Source: Dicyema japonicum
Taxonomy: Eukaryota; Animalia; Dicyemida
Direction of reading: 5' to 3'
Length of the DNA stretch: 64,000 nt
NCBI GenBank assembly: GCA_011109175.1
Contig: RDEW01000024.1
Location: 179,199-243,198, forward strand
Shown here in pieces: positions 24,701 through 37,930 of the stretch. The translations under genes and the position numbers were made by a program. The notes beneath the pieces were generated by a model, which did no database searches, was not told the origin of the DNA, and was given only the letters and a program-made list of their open reading frames with translations. Each line of letters opens with the position of its first letter. The first letter of the stretch is position 1.

Positions 24701-25159
24701 TTTTCATATTTTTTAATTAAGGAAAATGTTTTTTTTTATTAAATTTCTTCCATCCACTTTTATTTCGACGAAGAATCGAATGTCCTTAACCACCTGATAC
24801 AACGTTGTTTCCATTCATTGTATAACCTAATTTTCCTACGGATGAATTATATTCGAAGTCTTAACAAACGAAATCTCCAAGTTGTATATGAAGTTTGTCA
24901 TTTTTTCCATCTTCGCCTCTTAGCCATCTTTTCACCTCCCCGAATAGAACAGAGTTGCCTCTTCACGAGCCAAAATTTATCCTGACTTACAAAATCCTGA
25001 GATACGTTTTAATCTTGACTGGTAATAAGTAAAATGTCTAATGACCTCACTAATTTAAGGTCCTGAATCATTATAGATTAGTCTCATAGCTTATTCCTGG
25101 TAAATTCGTCACATAAGAAACTACATACGTCGATGCTAATAAGAGGTTAGGCAGAGGCT

Positions 25160-25485
25160 GTTTCAAGGTTATATATGTTATGTTGTCCAATTAGGTCGTG
25201 ACCGACCCTTGGAGATCTCATGAACGAGTTTCCTCCACTCTCCCGATCCGTTGCAATTTGGAGTAGCCTTGATATAGGCATTCCCGTGACGTCTTCCACC
25301 GTGGATAGCCACCGAGTCCTTGGTCGGCCAGGTCTTCTCTTCCCAGTAATATTGCTCAGCATGATGGTTCTTTCCAGTGAATCAGAGCGGACAACATGCC
25401 CAAAGAACGCCAATCTGTGTTTTACGATTCTTCCTTCTAGCGAAATGTCAGTCTCTACCCGTTTGAGTACATCGATGTTCAAGGT
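25160..25485 (-). mobile_element. RTE (BovB-like) 3' fragment
   Basis: LAFFGHVVRSDSLERTIML..ITGKRRPGRPRTRW and terminal RVGHDL. Confidence 0.85.
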
Positions 25486-25907
25486 TAAGTAAAGTTATAC
25501 TAATTTCGTGCCAATAGTTCTATTTCCAGTTATTTATTTATTAACCACAGGCTTACAATTTTTGGTAAGCCTACTCAAATAGTCACAGTTATTCAATCAA
25601 AAGAAGGGACTCAAAGGAAACGTCAACATGTGATCAAATCCATCCTCCAATACTCCATTACATGCTTTGGCTTCAGAAGAGATATGGAGAAGTAGGTGGA
25701 AGATAACATTTCATTCTTATGCAGAAGAGCTCTCATAATTTGAATCATAGTTTCTTGAGCTGTCTAGGGAAATTTCAGGTTATGTATATTTTCAATTACT
25801 AAATAACTGATTAATTAAAATATCATTAATTTATTAAAAATTTATTTTATAATCAAAATTAAAAAAAAATATTATTTAATATTTTATCAAATTTAAAAAA
25901 TTAAATA

Positions 25908-26673
25908 ATGTCTATCGTAGGCGCATGTGAGTTATGTGGAGAATCTGCTATTTACAACTGTCCAGCTTGTTCGATAAAAACTTGTTCCTTAAACTGCATA
26001 AAACAACACAAACTTCAAGCAAACTGCGATGGACTGCGAAATAGAGCTGCCTACAAAAGCCTTTCACAGTTCGACGACAACACGATCCTTGAAGGTTCAC
26101 TTATTGCAATCACCATAGACTACTTTCTGTTGGAAGAAACCCAAAAAATTGTGGAAGGAGCTAAGAAGTGCTGGCAAATCGACATTCCCAAGAAATATCC
26201 CGAATACGTCAGTAAAATCGCAACTGCAGCTAAAAAACGAGGAATTCGATACAAATTGCAGCCCCCAAAGTTTGAACGACGTCTTCATAACAAGACATAC
26301 CTCGTTTACAGTTCGAGCACAATCCTCTGGCAGATTGAATGGCGGATATTCGACGGTGAAAAAACTAAAAAATTTCGCCAAATAAAGTAAAATGTGGTTT
26401 TATGCCTAGTGTTGACGAAAATAGAGTTTTGGAGTCTTTGGTGGAGGAATTGGTTGATTTAAGGCATTTGAGGGGATGAAAAGCTCGGAATTATCTTTAT
26501 TGATGAGAAACCAAGTTAAAGACACGTGGGTTATATGTTTTGACGTCACTAGGTTTTGTGAACTTGATTTAAAAGCGTCTTTAAAAGAGAATCTGAGGCA
26601 AAAGTTTGTAATTGAATTTCCCACAATTTTTATTATTAAAAATGATAATTTCAATGATTATAAAATTTTATAA
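25908..26673 (+). CDS. ZNHIT6: Box C/D snoRNA protein 1 (zf-HIT protein, BCD1)
   Basis: zf-HIT CELC...YNCPACSIKTCSLNCIKQHK...CDGLR, then DYFLLE, NKT...ILWQIEW and C-terminal SLKENL..KFVIEFPTI. Introns 26095-26118 (24 nt), ~26387-26409 and probably a 27-nt one near 26525; one 1-nt indel near 26462. Confidence 0.9.
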
Positions 26674-26835
26674 TTTTTTTAGTTATATTTAAATCAAGTT
26701 CTTATCAATTATAATTGTATCAAATTAATAAATTTCATAAAAAATTCTTACCATTATCGCTAGTTTGGTCAAATTATATATATTAATTTGATAAATTAAA
26801 TCAATTTTTTTTGATTTTTTTTCTAATTCCACTTG

Positions 26836-27570
26836 AGACCTTAAAAAAGAAGCAAATCAACATCGTCTGGCTTGTTTGGTGTCAGCTTCAAGTAGAGGGA
26901 GTGGAGCATGGCTTGGTGCAATACCTTGCCCAAACCTCGGGACCTTTTTGGACGACGATTCTTTGAGGATTGGAATCGGACAAAGGCTGGGACTAGACGT
27001 TAGCCAGGAGCACCGATGCCGATGCGAAAGAATTGCACCCGCTGTCCTGCAGAAGAAGCCGGAAGGGACCACGTTATGCTGCTCTGAACGATGTGATCGT
27101 CAGAGCTCTGAAGGCTTCAGGCTTCCCAGCACAGCTTGAACCAGTGGGTCTTGATCGAGGAGATAGGAAGAGACCTGACGGGATGACTCTTTTCCTCTTC
27201 ACGTCTGGAAGATCTTATGGTCTGGGACGCAACTTTATAGACACGTTCTCAAGCACGAACATTTTTAAATCGGTTCAGACACCTGGAGCATCTGCTTCGA
27301 CTGCGGAGAACCTAAAAATCAAGAAATATTCTTGCCTCGGGGATCGCTACCGATTTACTCCTGTGGCGACCGTTGGTCCAATGACGGCTGAGTTCTTGCG
27401 AGAACTCGGAGGATTGCTTGCCAGAAAGAAAAGGGATCAACGAGAAGGGTTATGGCTAAGACAAAAGATTGGAATAGCCATACTCCGAGGGAACTCGTTT
27501 GCAATCCACGCAGCAGGCTTCCTCAACTGACATTTGTTTAATTGTTAATAAAATTTTTTGTTTAAAAAAA
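26836..27570 (+). mobile_element. 5'-truncated CRE-like retrotransposon, subfamily A
   Basis: SGAWLGAIP, HPLSC, RPDG, KKY motifs; 11-bp TSD AATTCCACTTG at 26825-26835 and 27571-27581. Confidence 0.92.
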
Positions 27571-29514
27571 AATTCCACTTGTGTAACGCGTAGCGCCTGT
27601 GACATACTATAAACAACATCGGAGAAACACTACGTTTCGTGGACACATAGTTCATGGGGATGTAATAACGGTATCAGCGGAGAAAAGACACAAGGTGTCA
27701 ATTTTACTTTATACTCTTAATTAGTGTCTCAGGCTTTTGTTTTTCTTAATTTGAAATGGCGTATTTAGCGTTAAAGTCCGATTTTAAATGAATTTTACTG
27801 CCTGTCTATAAACTTCACAGTGTAATGGCAACAGACAGCTTAGTTCCCTCTTGGTTTTGAGAAATTAAGTGATCAACCATGATAAATTCGAAATAACTTT
27901 AAATCAGAGTAAATGCCTGTTCACTCTCTGAAAGAAGAACTGTCAAAGTATTAGAGGTAACCTGATTTTCCCATAACCAAAAGAAAATCCTAAAGATAAG
28001 CCTAATAACCAATAACTCTAACCATAAAATAAAGAACTCTGAGGACAAAATCACTAGCCCTAAACACAACGAACCCTTAATCTAAGAATCAAAAACCCAA
28101 ACTCAAATCCCCAACCATAAAGACTAAATCACTAATCTTAAGGAACAAAATAATAAGTTCAAATCCTCAAACTGTTAGAAGATATAATTTTTTGGATCAC
28201 TGCATTGGTTTACAACAGTGACAGAAATATTTCGGCATCTCAATATTTTTCACGTGGACTGTTAACTTGAAGGTCAGTAAAAGTCATACAAAGGCGTCTG
28301 CGGTTGGTGGGTTTTAGTAGCAAAAAAGTTGGGGTGTTAAATTGAAGCTAAAGTAGTAGCGAAAATGTTGTACATTTTTTTGAAGTATATGGTTGCCAGC
28401 ATTTTCCTTCGACAACTATCCTCGGCGTCACCTAGTAGTGGGCCGAGTTTTTTGTATGCCTCCAGAGTCGTCATTTCTTGACTTGGCTCGTTCGATTCGT
28501 ATGTAGTCCGTTTTTGTAATATTTATGTGCAGATCCCATTTATTTAAAATAATTTCGGATTGGACTAAAATTTGGTCAAGTGGGCTTTTTTGGTCACTAC
28601 AAACAAAGTCTACATCATCCGCGTATATAAATTCAATATATCTTCGTATTTAGAACCCATTTCCTTTCTCAGCTCCATTAGGGCATCTTCGAGGTATATG
28701 ATGAATAGAAATGGGGATAAAAAATCACCTTGTGGGGTTCCCAAGTTGGTGCTGAAACTCTTTGAATGCTTAGTTCCCATTCTCATGGATAGATCAGTTT
28801 CAGAAAGTAATAAACTTATTAGTCTCACGCAGTCCTCGTCAAGCAGTTCCTGTAGAATACCCATGAGTTTTTCTCTGTTGATGCTGTTAAAAAACTTCGT
28901 TAGATCAATTCCTAGCATGTAAATGACTTCCTGTAGTTTTGACATATTGATGTAAGCCATCGATGACTCCAACGAAATCTGAGGTAGACCCTCCACTTCT
29001 AAACCCACTATGACTTTGGGAAAGGTATTTTTCCATTGGCTCTCGTATATGGTTAAGCACAATGATCGATAATGTCTTCCTGATAGTTGACAGTAGAACA
29101 ATAGGCCTTAATCCATCCAGTGATCCTTTTTTCAGGTTTGTGTATCAGACTTAAGACTCCATGTCCTAATGGAAATGAACACTGAAGTTCCATCGACTCG
29201 TTTAATATATCCGTGATTATATACCCAACAATACCGGAGCATGTTTCATTAACTCACCTGGGATGCCATCATAACCAGCTGAACGATTGCCTTTTAGGTG
29301 CATGAATGCATTTTTTACTTCCTTTATTGTAGTTTTGCTTGTAAGAAGTCTTGGATTTCCAATAAATTTAGGTATATTCACCCCCAACTGAATTGAACTG
29401 TGCCTCGAAGTGTTTGGCAATATGGTTTGCTTTATCCTCTGGATTTTGTAAATAATGACCCGCTTTGTCGCAGATTTTCGGCGGCTTTTTCGCAGTTCCT
29501 CGTGTAAGTAATTT

Positions 29515-29635
29515 TTTTAATAAAATTTTTTTTAACAATTAAACAAATGTCAGTTGAGGAAGCCTGCTGCGTGGATTGCGACGAGTTCCCTCGGAGTATG
29601 GCTATTCCAATCTTTTGTCTTAGCCATAACCCTTC
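29515..29635 (-). mobile_element. Extreme 3' end of CRE subfamily A nested in RTE
   Basis: EGLWLRQKIGIAILRGNS plus A tail; 12-bp TSD TGTAAGTAATTT at 29503-29514 and 29636-29647. Confidence 0.9.
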
Positions 29636-30080
29636 TGTAAGTAATTTAACAGCAGAAAACACAGTTTTCAATTTCAGTGGCCTTATCGTCCAAATATCTG
29701 AGCCAGGTGTCATTCAATCGCTTTCTTATCAAATGTGATATTTTATTACGTATTCTCTTTAATGCACTTTTTTCAAATTTGAACTTCCCAGTTTGATCGT
29801 ATTTCCTTCTGTTGTTCCGACAATTCTCTTATTACGGGGTCATGAATAATCGTCTATTCTTGTCTTTTCCCTGGTATCAGTCTCTGTCGCCGACAGTTTT
29901 CAGATATCCAATATCTTCCCAAGGTCAGTCGAGGGGGTGCTACTGGTTTCAACACCCCACAATCGGTTAGAGACATTTTGTTGGTATCTCTTTTGCCAAG
30001 TGTCAAAAGTCAACAATTCCACAGTCAAACGTCTATTTAGAAAGGTACTTTTCTTCTTTACTGCGAAGTATGGTTTAAGA

Positions 30081-31410
30081 CAGGGGTTCTCAACCTTTTT
30101 TTGCTCGTCGACCCCTTGACTTTTTTTTCGACCCCCATATTATTTAATCGACCCTTAAAATTTTTTTATTTAGAACAGACAATTCTAAGTAAAATTAGTT
30201 AATTATCTAAAATAAATTCATTGTTAATAATCAAATCAAACAAAAAAAAGTATATACTCGATGTTAAGTTGGTATCTTAGCATAAATCTATAATTAAAAA
30301 AAAGAATTAAATAGCATTGGGATCCCTGTTATTTTTTTCGATAAATATTTGAATAATTCTTTTACAATCTATTAACGTCACATACTTTCCCTGAAGTTCT
30401 AATGAAACTTTATTAAATTTTCCAAAAATCGAAGTCAAATAAACAATTTTTTTCTTTATCGATACAATTAAATCTGCTAAATTTTTATCGCCCTCAGAAG
30501 TAAGAAAATTTACGATTGTGTCAAACAATATTGAAAATCGTTCTAATGCATTTCCCTTTGATAACCAAAATAAAATTGGAAACTATAACCTCAGTGTAAA
30601 GCACAAGACGGACATATGTTGTTTTAGCCTCATAGCAAAATTTTCTAAAAAGACTGTCATACTTGCTGTTTGCTTTAATTTTGTTTATGGTTTTAATAAC
30701 TATATTTAACGTTTCATGTAGAATTGGCGAAAGAGCTTTTGAAACCAAATGTTGTCTATGTAAAACGCAATGTATATGAATCACATTTGGACATATTTTT
30801 TCAAATATGCCTTAAATTCTTTATATTTTCCAACCATAGACAGTGCACCATCTGTGGCACAAGAAACCAAATTTTCATATGGAATCTTCTTGTCATCCAA
30901 AAATAATTTAACTACAAAAAAATAGAAAATCCAGTCGTATCAGTTTCCAAATATTTGACGAATAATAAATCTTCTGTAAGAAGAGCATGATCGTCAAAAT
31001 ATCTATATCGTAAGCTTCTAATAAGATTAACCTGACATATCCCATTAGAATTGATTGGTTATCGGTTTCATTGCATCATTTGATAATGACTTATTACACA
31101 GTAAACAATGTGGTCTATTATCAAAGAATTTTTTATAAATCCAAATGCCAAATATTCATTTTTATATTGACGAATTTTTAATGTAGAAGGACAACTCATA
31201 CACAAACAAAAACAAGCATGGTAATTTTAAAAATTTTAAAAAACAAAGGTTTTCCACTTTAAAAATAAACTAACTTAATTTAAATTGAAAAAGATTAAAT
31301 ATATTAAATTTATTTTCGACCCCCAAATATTTCATTTTCGACCCCCTTACGATCGATCTGATTGATTTTAGACCCCGGGGGTCGAATCGACCCCAGGTTG
31401 AGAACCCCTG
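30081..31410 (-). mobile_element. Internally deleted hAT (Buster/Charlie) transposon
   Basis: TIRs CAGGGGTTCTCAACC at both ends; TSD GTTTAAGA (30073-30080, 31411-31418); transposase remnants HCVLHRQHL and ELQGK. Confidence 0.95.
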
Positions 31411-33954
31411 GTTTAAGATTTAATCTGGCAACTGATAATTTATGATATATGTCAGTTATAGTTCCTCCGTAACTCTTTGAGACAGTCAACAGTCTGTTTA
31501 AAAAGATTGGGCAGATAATATAATCTATTTGGTTTAAATATACGTGTTGTCGCCGTCATTGGACCTTCTTGTGCCAACTCAGCTAGTTTTGTGCTTTGCA
31601 CGGTGTTCCAACGTGGTATTGCATAGATACAGATTTGATGAATTACAAAAATCAACGAGAGAGTGTCCAGAGAGATTTCGATATCCTCTGCCATGTTTTC
31701 CCATACAGACTTCTCTATCCCTTTTCATGCCTGCATTGGCATTCCACATATGAACGTTAGTGTAGATTTATGAACTTGCATTTGTGTTTTCAACAGGATT
31801 TGGCAAAAACTCGTCCATATTTTTAGAAACTCTGCCAATGTGCGGAGCATATACGTTGATAACAGTCATTATAGTATTATTCGTGGGCGATAAACGGAAT
31901 TGCATAACAACCACACGATGATTGGCTGGTCATACTTTATGCACGTAGTTGATTAGGTTCGAATTGATCGCAAAACCAAGGCCGTAGTGACGATTGTCTG
32001 ATGGTAAGATAATCCGGTAGTTTCCAAAAGTTCCATCGTATCCAAGGCCATTCTTTGTTTCTTGTTAGCAGCAGATATCAATTTTGTAACGTGACAGATC
32101 TTCAGATAGTATTCTTGAATAGAGATGAGAGGCCTCGAACGTTGTATGGTAACAAAGAGTTTGAATTTAAGCATGATAAAGACATTATTTTTTCCAAGGA
32201 AAAACAGAAGCACGTCACGACTTCAACCAACGTAATTTCACTATTCAAGAAAAACTTTTTAACTAGATCTGATAATTTACTTAATTTTTATTAAAAATAT
32301 ATAATTATTTGATTTTTTAAATTAATAAATATTTTGTTTTTTTAAATATTCACGTGTTTTTTGTCATCCGAAGGCATGCTAATACTTTTGGTGTGTTCAA
32401 AAATGACGGACATTATTATGAGAATTTTATATTCTCATTACATTTTAAGAGTCACTCATTATGTCCCGTATGGGGATAGAATTCTCTTATAACGTGGGCT
32501 CTTGATGTGGTACTCTAATGATAACATAAGTATATCATTATATCTGATTGTAGAGGATTCACACGCTGGGGTCGATGTAGAACTACCAAACTGAAAATAT
32601 CTAGCATATGTCTTAGCAAAGTGTGTGGGAGGACATCAAGTGTTGCTGAGATACCGTGTGAAAGTTTCTGATATATTGGCAGGAATAAGTAGAGGAGATG
32701 AAGACTCACTCATAGAATGTCAACTACGACTTCTCCCATTACCATTGTCTACTTTCACTATGACTTAAGGTTAACTTGCTTGGATGTCAGTTATCACTAG
32801 GGAAACCACAAATATGACTTAAAATGATTGAAATATGAACCTAAAAATGTAACTTTTAAGAAAAAAATTAAATAGACCTTATTAATTTCGTGCAGTCAAT
32901 GCTTTTTATTAATTTTAATTTTTGAAATAAAGATAGTAACAAAGTACTACAAGTGCTATATGGAAAGACTCAACGTGGATGTCTCTACAAGGGCGTACAA
33001 CCAATCAATGACGATTAAAAAACTTTGAGAGCATAATAATCAAGCATTGAGATGGGCTGAAAGTTGATAACTATGATGATGAGGTTACAAGAGTGACTAA
33101 TCATCTTATCTGAAGAGGCTCTAACTCGGAGGTTACGTCGAAGAGGAACCAAGAGAAACAGCTGTCTTGTCTAGTGATTTGCTTTGTATATGAGTGGAAC
33201 AGTGAGGGTGGTACAAAGGGCTAATGTCCAAAGAGGAGGAGAATCCAGCTTGCATAGTGTTAACAATAATTATTTTTTTTAACATTTATTTAAATAAAGC
33301 ATCAAATAATTTAAAAATTTCATTTAAAGTTTCATCTTTTTCGAGCATTTTATTTAACATGGAAAACTTCTTTCTACCAAAACAATTGTTCCAAGACAAT
33401 TCCATCATTTTTCAAAAAATTCTAGACAAAACTTTAATTATTCTCATTTTTGATATCTTTTAATAGAATATTTATTGTCCTTTTTTCATATTAATTTGAT
33501 ATCACACGGATCCTATTCAAATTTGATTGAATCTTTAATTTTTATTGAATGCATAATAGCAAAAAAATATCTTGGCATTTTCTTATTTTCAGAATAATTG
33601 GATGGTAGGCAGAAATCAAATTTGCCAAATTTTTCGTTAAATTATGTGATTGTATAAACTTTACCGTATTCCACAATTTTCCATCACTTGAATAAGAGTT
33701 CAAATTTCAGATTTTTGTACTACAATGCTGATGAAAAAACCGGTTTTTGCAGTTACAAACATTTTTGGCGTATAGCTTTTAATTTTCCAATTGAATTAAA
33801 ATGTTTGGAGTTGACTTGATTTTAATTTTTATAAATAAAAAATTTCATTATTATTCTAAAATTTAAAAAATTTCAATTTTAGCGTGTGAATAAAAAACCT
33901 GTTTCTTTAGTGTGTGATCTATTTCAGTTATTGTTTTTTATGTTTTATAAGCAG

Positions 33955-34205
33955 ATGTTAAATACGAATGCTTCCATTTACAGGCAGTAAAACCCCTATC
34001 TGTACACAGGACGCGTCTTGTGGAAAAAAAGAATGCATCACCACTCTACAATTTCTATTCTCTAATTCAGCCCGCCCACAAAGAAGCCGCGTTGGATCAC
34101 AGAAGGCACACAAGAATCGGATAAAAAATCTGAGTGAGGCCTTCGAGATCACTCAATTAATTTAGTAATTAAATTAACTATTTGTTCTTGGGTTAATAAT
34201 AATAA
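33955..34205 (+). mobile_element. Jockey/I-like LINE 3' end
   Basis: Reverse-complement similarity to 35295-35530; ends TTCTTGGGT(TAA)n. Confidence 0.75.
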
Positions 34206-35294
34206 TCAATATAATAATTAAAGGAAAAATCCTGATCTTTCAGAGTTAAAATGGACGAGAATTCAAGGGAGTGTAGAATCCTCTTGACAAGGGTGTTACA
34301 GGCCATTAGCGACGATAGATATGCAGAGAGAGAAAGGTCTACTTTTCTGTTTTTAATAAAATTTAATATAATAAAAAAATATTAGCATCACTTTCTTGTC
34401 CATTTTGTTAAGTGTAGTAAATACCCAATGATAATCCTGAATGATTATCAAATTTCTACTTTCCTCGAGTGGCCATTCGGTCTCCACGACTGTAGTATTA
34501 TGACAAGTTTCACCTTGCAATCAAATTTCTTTGATTGAAACTTTCTTCTTCGCTAGTTCAAAGATCTAAATGGGATCACTTAACTAGTTGACTTTATTTT
34601 TGTCTTTCTTCTCGGTGATCCCGGGGTTAATCAATAAATAAAGATCAAAGAAGGCAAACAAATTCCTTGATCAGAACCATCACCCAAGCACTGTAATCCA
34701 GCAAACATTCTCTTGGGAGCCTAGGTCAATTCCTGAAGTCGTCGACAATGAGCGAATTGTCTCCCGGTGAATGATAGATGTATCCTTTTGAATCCCGTCG
34801 ATGTAAAGTCCGATGTAAGCAAATGCACCTGAAATAAATCTGAGATCTGTCTACACGTTTTGTAGTCTGTTTTTAGCCTAAAATTAGATTATGCTCCGCA
34901 TAGGCAGACACACTTTATTTAAGTAAAGAACAATTAATTTTAACCAATCGTAGAACTAAGGAATGATCTTCATTTCTTTTTTATTTCTTTTTCTTGTGTG
35001 TGGGTCCTTTCTCGACAATCCAGTTTTGCAGTGAGCATCCACTGATGACGGCGTCACAGTGCCGCGGCGGTGTAGATAGTTTGCCTACGAGAGACAATTT
35101 ATCAGAACAACGATGAACTATGTAGTTCCTGTCTGGGGTCACTGTTTTATTAATAACGAACGTCGAAAAAATACAAATGACTCAAAACTCTGTTCCAAGA
35201 ATAATTACTGGCCGTCTAAAACCGACTAACTTACCACTTATCTGAGAATTAAAATCCTCCCAATCAAGGACCATTTCAAGTGACTAAGTCTCAA

Positions 35295-36830
35295 TTATTA
35301 TTAACCCAAGAACACCAATAGTTAATTTAATTAACAAATTAATTAAGTGATCTCGAAGGCTTCAATCATATTCTCATTTTCTCCTCGTGCGCCTTCTGGG
35401 ATATAACACATCTTCTTCAGGTGGATTCGGAAATAGGAATTGGAGAGGGGATGATGTATACCCTTCTCATAAGACATGTCGTGGTTGTGTATTGTTGAGA
35501 GTTACACTGCCTGCACAGGGTAGCAAATCCCATTCCATTTTGTCAGATAAGGTCTTCAAGTGGTGAGGGTATTAGTTTTTCTAGTTTCCCGAGATTACTA
35601 ATAGTAGTGGCTGTTAAGGTCTGAATGCCCCGATTTTTTGTTTGTCGTCCAGGACAGATTGATTCCCCATGACGTACAAGCATAGCTGACAGATGGCTTA
35701 ATGAATTGTTTGTACAACAATTTCAAAGTTTGGAAAGGAGTTTTAATGCCACCAAAATAGTTTTGATTATCCCTAGCTTTCTTGAGCAGCTTCCAGAAAC
35801 ATCGTCTAAAGAGAGATAAAAAGGACATGTGTGTGTCGAAGGTGATCCCAAGAATTTCAGTTTCTTCGTGAAAGGTATTTTTGTTTGGTTGATAATTAAA
35901 TCCACTGTCAATTGTCCAAGTCGTTTGTTTGAGGTAAATAAGGACAATGAAAAATTTTCAGTAGATATATCAAGCTGGTTATAATTTAGCCAAATTTGAA
36001 TATTGTGAGGTATTCTTGTAGTCTTTCTGATGCCTTTGGGATATCTTGATCGCGGAATCCGATTAATAGGTCATCAGGATATGATAGGATGAAATCGTCT
36101 TTATTATCGGGTTGTGGTAAATCGACATGTATAAGTTAAATAAGGCGGGTGATAAAAAACCTTGTGGGACACCATTGGGAAGTAATCTTGAAATTGATTT
36201 GGTGCCATCCATGTATACCCGGGCCCTTCTTCCATTTATGCAGTTAGCAAGCCAAAGTTATATATTGGGCTGACGGGGAGCAAACAATTTCCGGGTTAAA
36301 ACTTTCCTTGAGACAGAGTTGAAGGCCTTTTGTAAATCGATCGAGCGAACGACTGTTTTGAGGTGACGAGGATTTGTGTTAAAGCCTTCAATGATAAATT
36401 GGTTGAGGGAAGTAGGTGGTAGAAGTTGATGACCCCTTCGAAATCCATGTTGTGAGACTTAAAAGGAAGGAACGGGGTTATAAGGTTAATAATCAATTTT
36501 TCAATAATTTTGACAAGGTGCATAGTAAAGAAATGGTCGAAATGATGCAGGATTGTTTAGGCTTGCCAGGCTTAAGATTGGGCGTATTTAGGACAGTTTC
36601 CAGATAGTTGGAAATTGTATTCATGTTTATTGAATAGTTGAAAATAACTGTGATTGCATCAATCGCAATAGGTCTCAATTCTTTGACAAATGAAAAACGT
36701 TGGGACATCCAGCCTATTGCATTTGTGTTTCCACAAAAAAATAGAGATTTCTTCAAACAATCCCAGAAAATGAGCACTCTCAGTTCTGTCAGATAACAAA
36801 CCATGATTGGATATCTACTAAAGTAATAAG
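35295..36830 (-). mobile_element. Decayed Jockey/I-like LINE RT region
   Basis: LKPGKP, ISLLCTLSKL, PNGVPQG, SYPDD, KFLG, LYKQFIKP; related to 62409-64000. Duplicated fragments at 46960-47130 and 47520-47780. Confidence 0.85.
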
Positions 36831-36991
36831 AAGCGGATGTACTTGTCGGATGTTCTGAGCGTCCTCTCTTAGCAACAACTTTTTTGATTATGACCTAATT
36901 TCATAAAATAACGATTTTATTTAAAGCAGAAAATAAAGAATGTTAGGGAAGAATTCCAGATTATTATTATTAACGTTAAAACATCTATTAG

Positions 36992-37837
36992 TTAGTCACT
37001 AACTAAAGGTATGTCCGAACTATCTTCTCTATAAAGATATTTGGCGTATAATATAACAAAAATACAAAAAATGCTCGATATAACAAATAAGCAATAACAG
37101 GCGCAAATCGCCTCGAATTATCAGAAGATCTATTTCAGGCTTATTTTCAAAATGTTTAATTACTTTGCTAGTTTTTTAGGGTTAGTTATTCTCAATTTTC
37201 AAAGACGTGATGATTTTGTGTTTATTCACTTTGGCAATCTTATTGTGATTACTCTTATGGTTCTCACGTGGACAGATGCATTTATTGTCTAGTATTAATT
37301 TGTACTATACCATTCCCGGTAAAATTCAGAATTTTCGAATCTCTTGAAAATTGAAATTTAAACTCGCTAATTTTGAGAGAAAGGACTTTTTTATATTGCT
37401 TAATTCTTTGCATTTACAATATCCACCAAGTTTGTGAATGATGTAAACATTTCGCGTGATATGTTCGACTAAATAAAAATAAATAACTACAAGGAAGACA
37501 ACTAACTGAAATTTCAAACAGTGTAGCTCTAACGCGATTAACATGTGCTTTTTATATTTAATAGATAATTTTTCTTTATCAGATGTACAATAGAAATTTT
37601 ATTTCTTGAAACAATCCACCTACGTTTGTTAAATAATACATGTTTTTGCTAAAATTATATTTTACATACTTTATTACCATCATGATGGCCTAACGTTATT
37701 TTACCGATGAGAATTACTTTAATATAACTGTCGTTTGTTATAACAAACTTGAGAGAAACTAATTTAACATTAAAGGCGAGTAAATTAATGAAGATTACTA
37801 AATAAAAAAATATTGTGATACTTATTAATTGCCCCAT
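36992..37837 (-). CDS. LAMP/CD68-like type I membrane protein, subfamily M copy 1
   Basis: MGQLI|IIFINLLAF signal peptide; four 21-24 nt introns at the same positions as subfamily P; HKLGGYCKCKEL, KCICP, His/Lys stalk, TM starting RRFAPVIA; several indels (possible pseudogene). Confidence 0.62.
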
Positions 37838-37930
37838 TTTTTGTTGATATAACAGGTAGTTATTTAGATTAATTTAATTTTTATTAATTTAAAAATATAA
37901 TTACAGTACGACCTCAGTTTGGGGCACCAT

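Larger units (their letters stand above)
28385..32260 (-). mobile_element. Decayed RTE-clade LINE (second family), interrupted by CRE and hAT insertions
   Basis: YNVRG, QETK, INVYAP (APE, 31450-32190); SAGYDGIP, GIDLTKFFNSINR, GTPQGDFLSPFLF (RT, 28600-29420). Confidence 0.85.

Noticed and set aside
6698-26673. Non-standard genetic code or RNA editing to explain interruptions
   Set aside because: Genes end in ordinary TAA/TGA/TAG, an 843-aa ORF reads in the standard code, and interruptions are explained by micro-introns and 1-nt indels.
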